Shown piece by piece: positions 63,600 through 64,000 of a stretch of 64,000 bases of DNA. Both the position numbers and the translations under genes were made by a program. How positions within the stretch are numbered: position 1 is the stretch's first letter; each line of letters starts with the position of its first letter. Source of the DNA: Phoronis australis (taxonomy: Eukaryota; Animalia; Phoronida); NCBI GenBank assembly GCA_002633005.1, contig NMRA01000009.1, forward strand, positions 101,138 through 165,137, written 5' to 3'. The notes under the pieces are model-generated. The model was given only the letters and a program-made list of their open reading frames with translations. It did no database searches and was not told the DNA's origin.

Positions 63600-64000
63600 C
63601 AGCATTCAGCTGATACGTCTGAAAATCATCGTCATCCGTTGTAAACTTCATATAAATACACTTGTTAAATTTAATAAAGATCCTGCAGTGGGTTTAGGAG
63701 ATGCAGCTATCGGTGCAAAAAAAAACAAAACTACCAGTAGGAGGCGCTACAGTACTCGACGTCATCGCAAAGTCATTGCCAACCGTCCTCTTCAAACTAA
63801 AAACATATGTGCCAATTTTCACAATCCTCCTTGGAGTGGTTTGGTTGATAGAGAAGTGAACATCAAAACACAGACTTGAAAACAGTAAAAATGGCCACTG
63901 GGTGGCGCAAAATATCTCGAATCCATCCAAAAACGGGATAGCAACGTCTCACAAATTGATGCCTATGTACCAAATTTCATGAAAATCCGTTGAGGACCTT
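63600..64000. repeat. Dispersed repeat related to 31050-31770 (runs off window end)
   Basis: AAATTTCATGAAAATCC-type units with CCAGTAGGAGGCGCTA and CCACTGGGTGGCGC. Confidence 0.5.

Noticed and set aside
61200-64000. Upstream VTI1A exon or the neural Vti1a microexon
   Set aside because: Donor-like sites near 61467 and 62755 lack a convincing acceptor or peptide match; the upstream exons probably lie beyond the window.

Overview
AT-rich, repeat-rich animal genomic DNA with no prokaryote-style genes; the N-terminus MPHVNSGGGDDLASTDEVK suggests a lophotrochozoan (inference). Two spliced genes lie in tandem on the minus strand. First, the last three coding exons of the Qb-SNARE VTI1A (61194-61039, 60593-60532, 57548-57452). 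About 10.4 kb downstream come the first three coding exons of a TCF/LEF (TCF7L2/pangolin-type) gene (47080-46928, 43618-43567, 42398-42295), followed by an intron of more than 42 kb that runs off the window start. This reproduces the vertebrate VTI1A-TCF7L2 gene order. Introns and the intergenic region hold many non-autonomous DNA transposons (TA-TSD Tc1/mariner-like, Harbinger-like, and 5-bp or 6-bp TSD elements), nested insertions, Penelope-type palindromes with degenerate hammerhead cores, a tRNA-bearing element without a TSD, CTCF-like motifs and minisatellites. Best leads: the conserved microsynteny, composite TCF+Helper sites upstream of TCF (possible autoregulation), a candidate intronic promoter, and a CAC...GTG element with a 5-bp TSD. 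All calls come from reading the sequence by eye; no searches were run.
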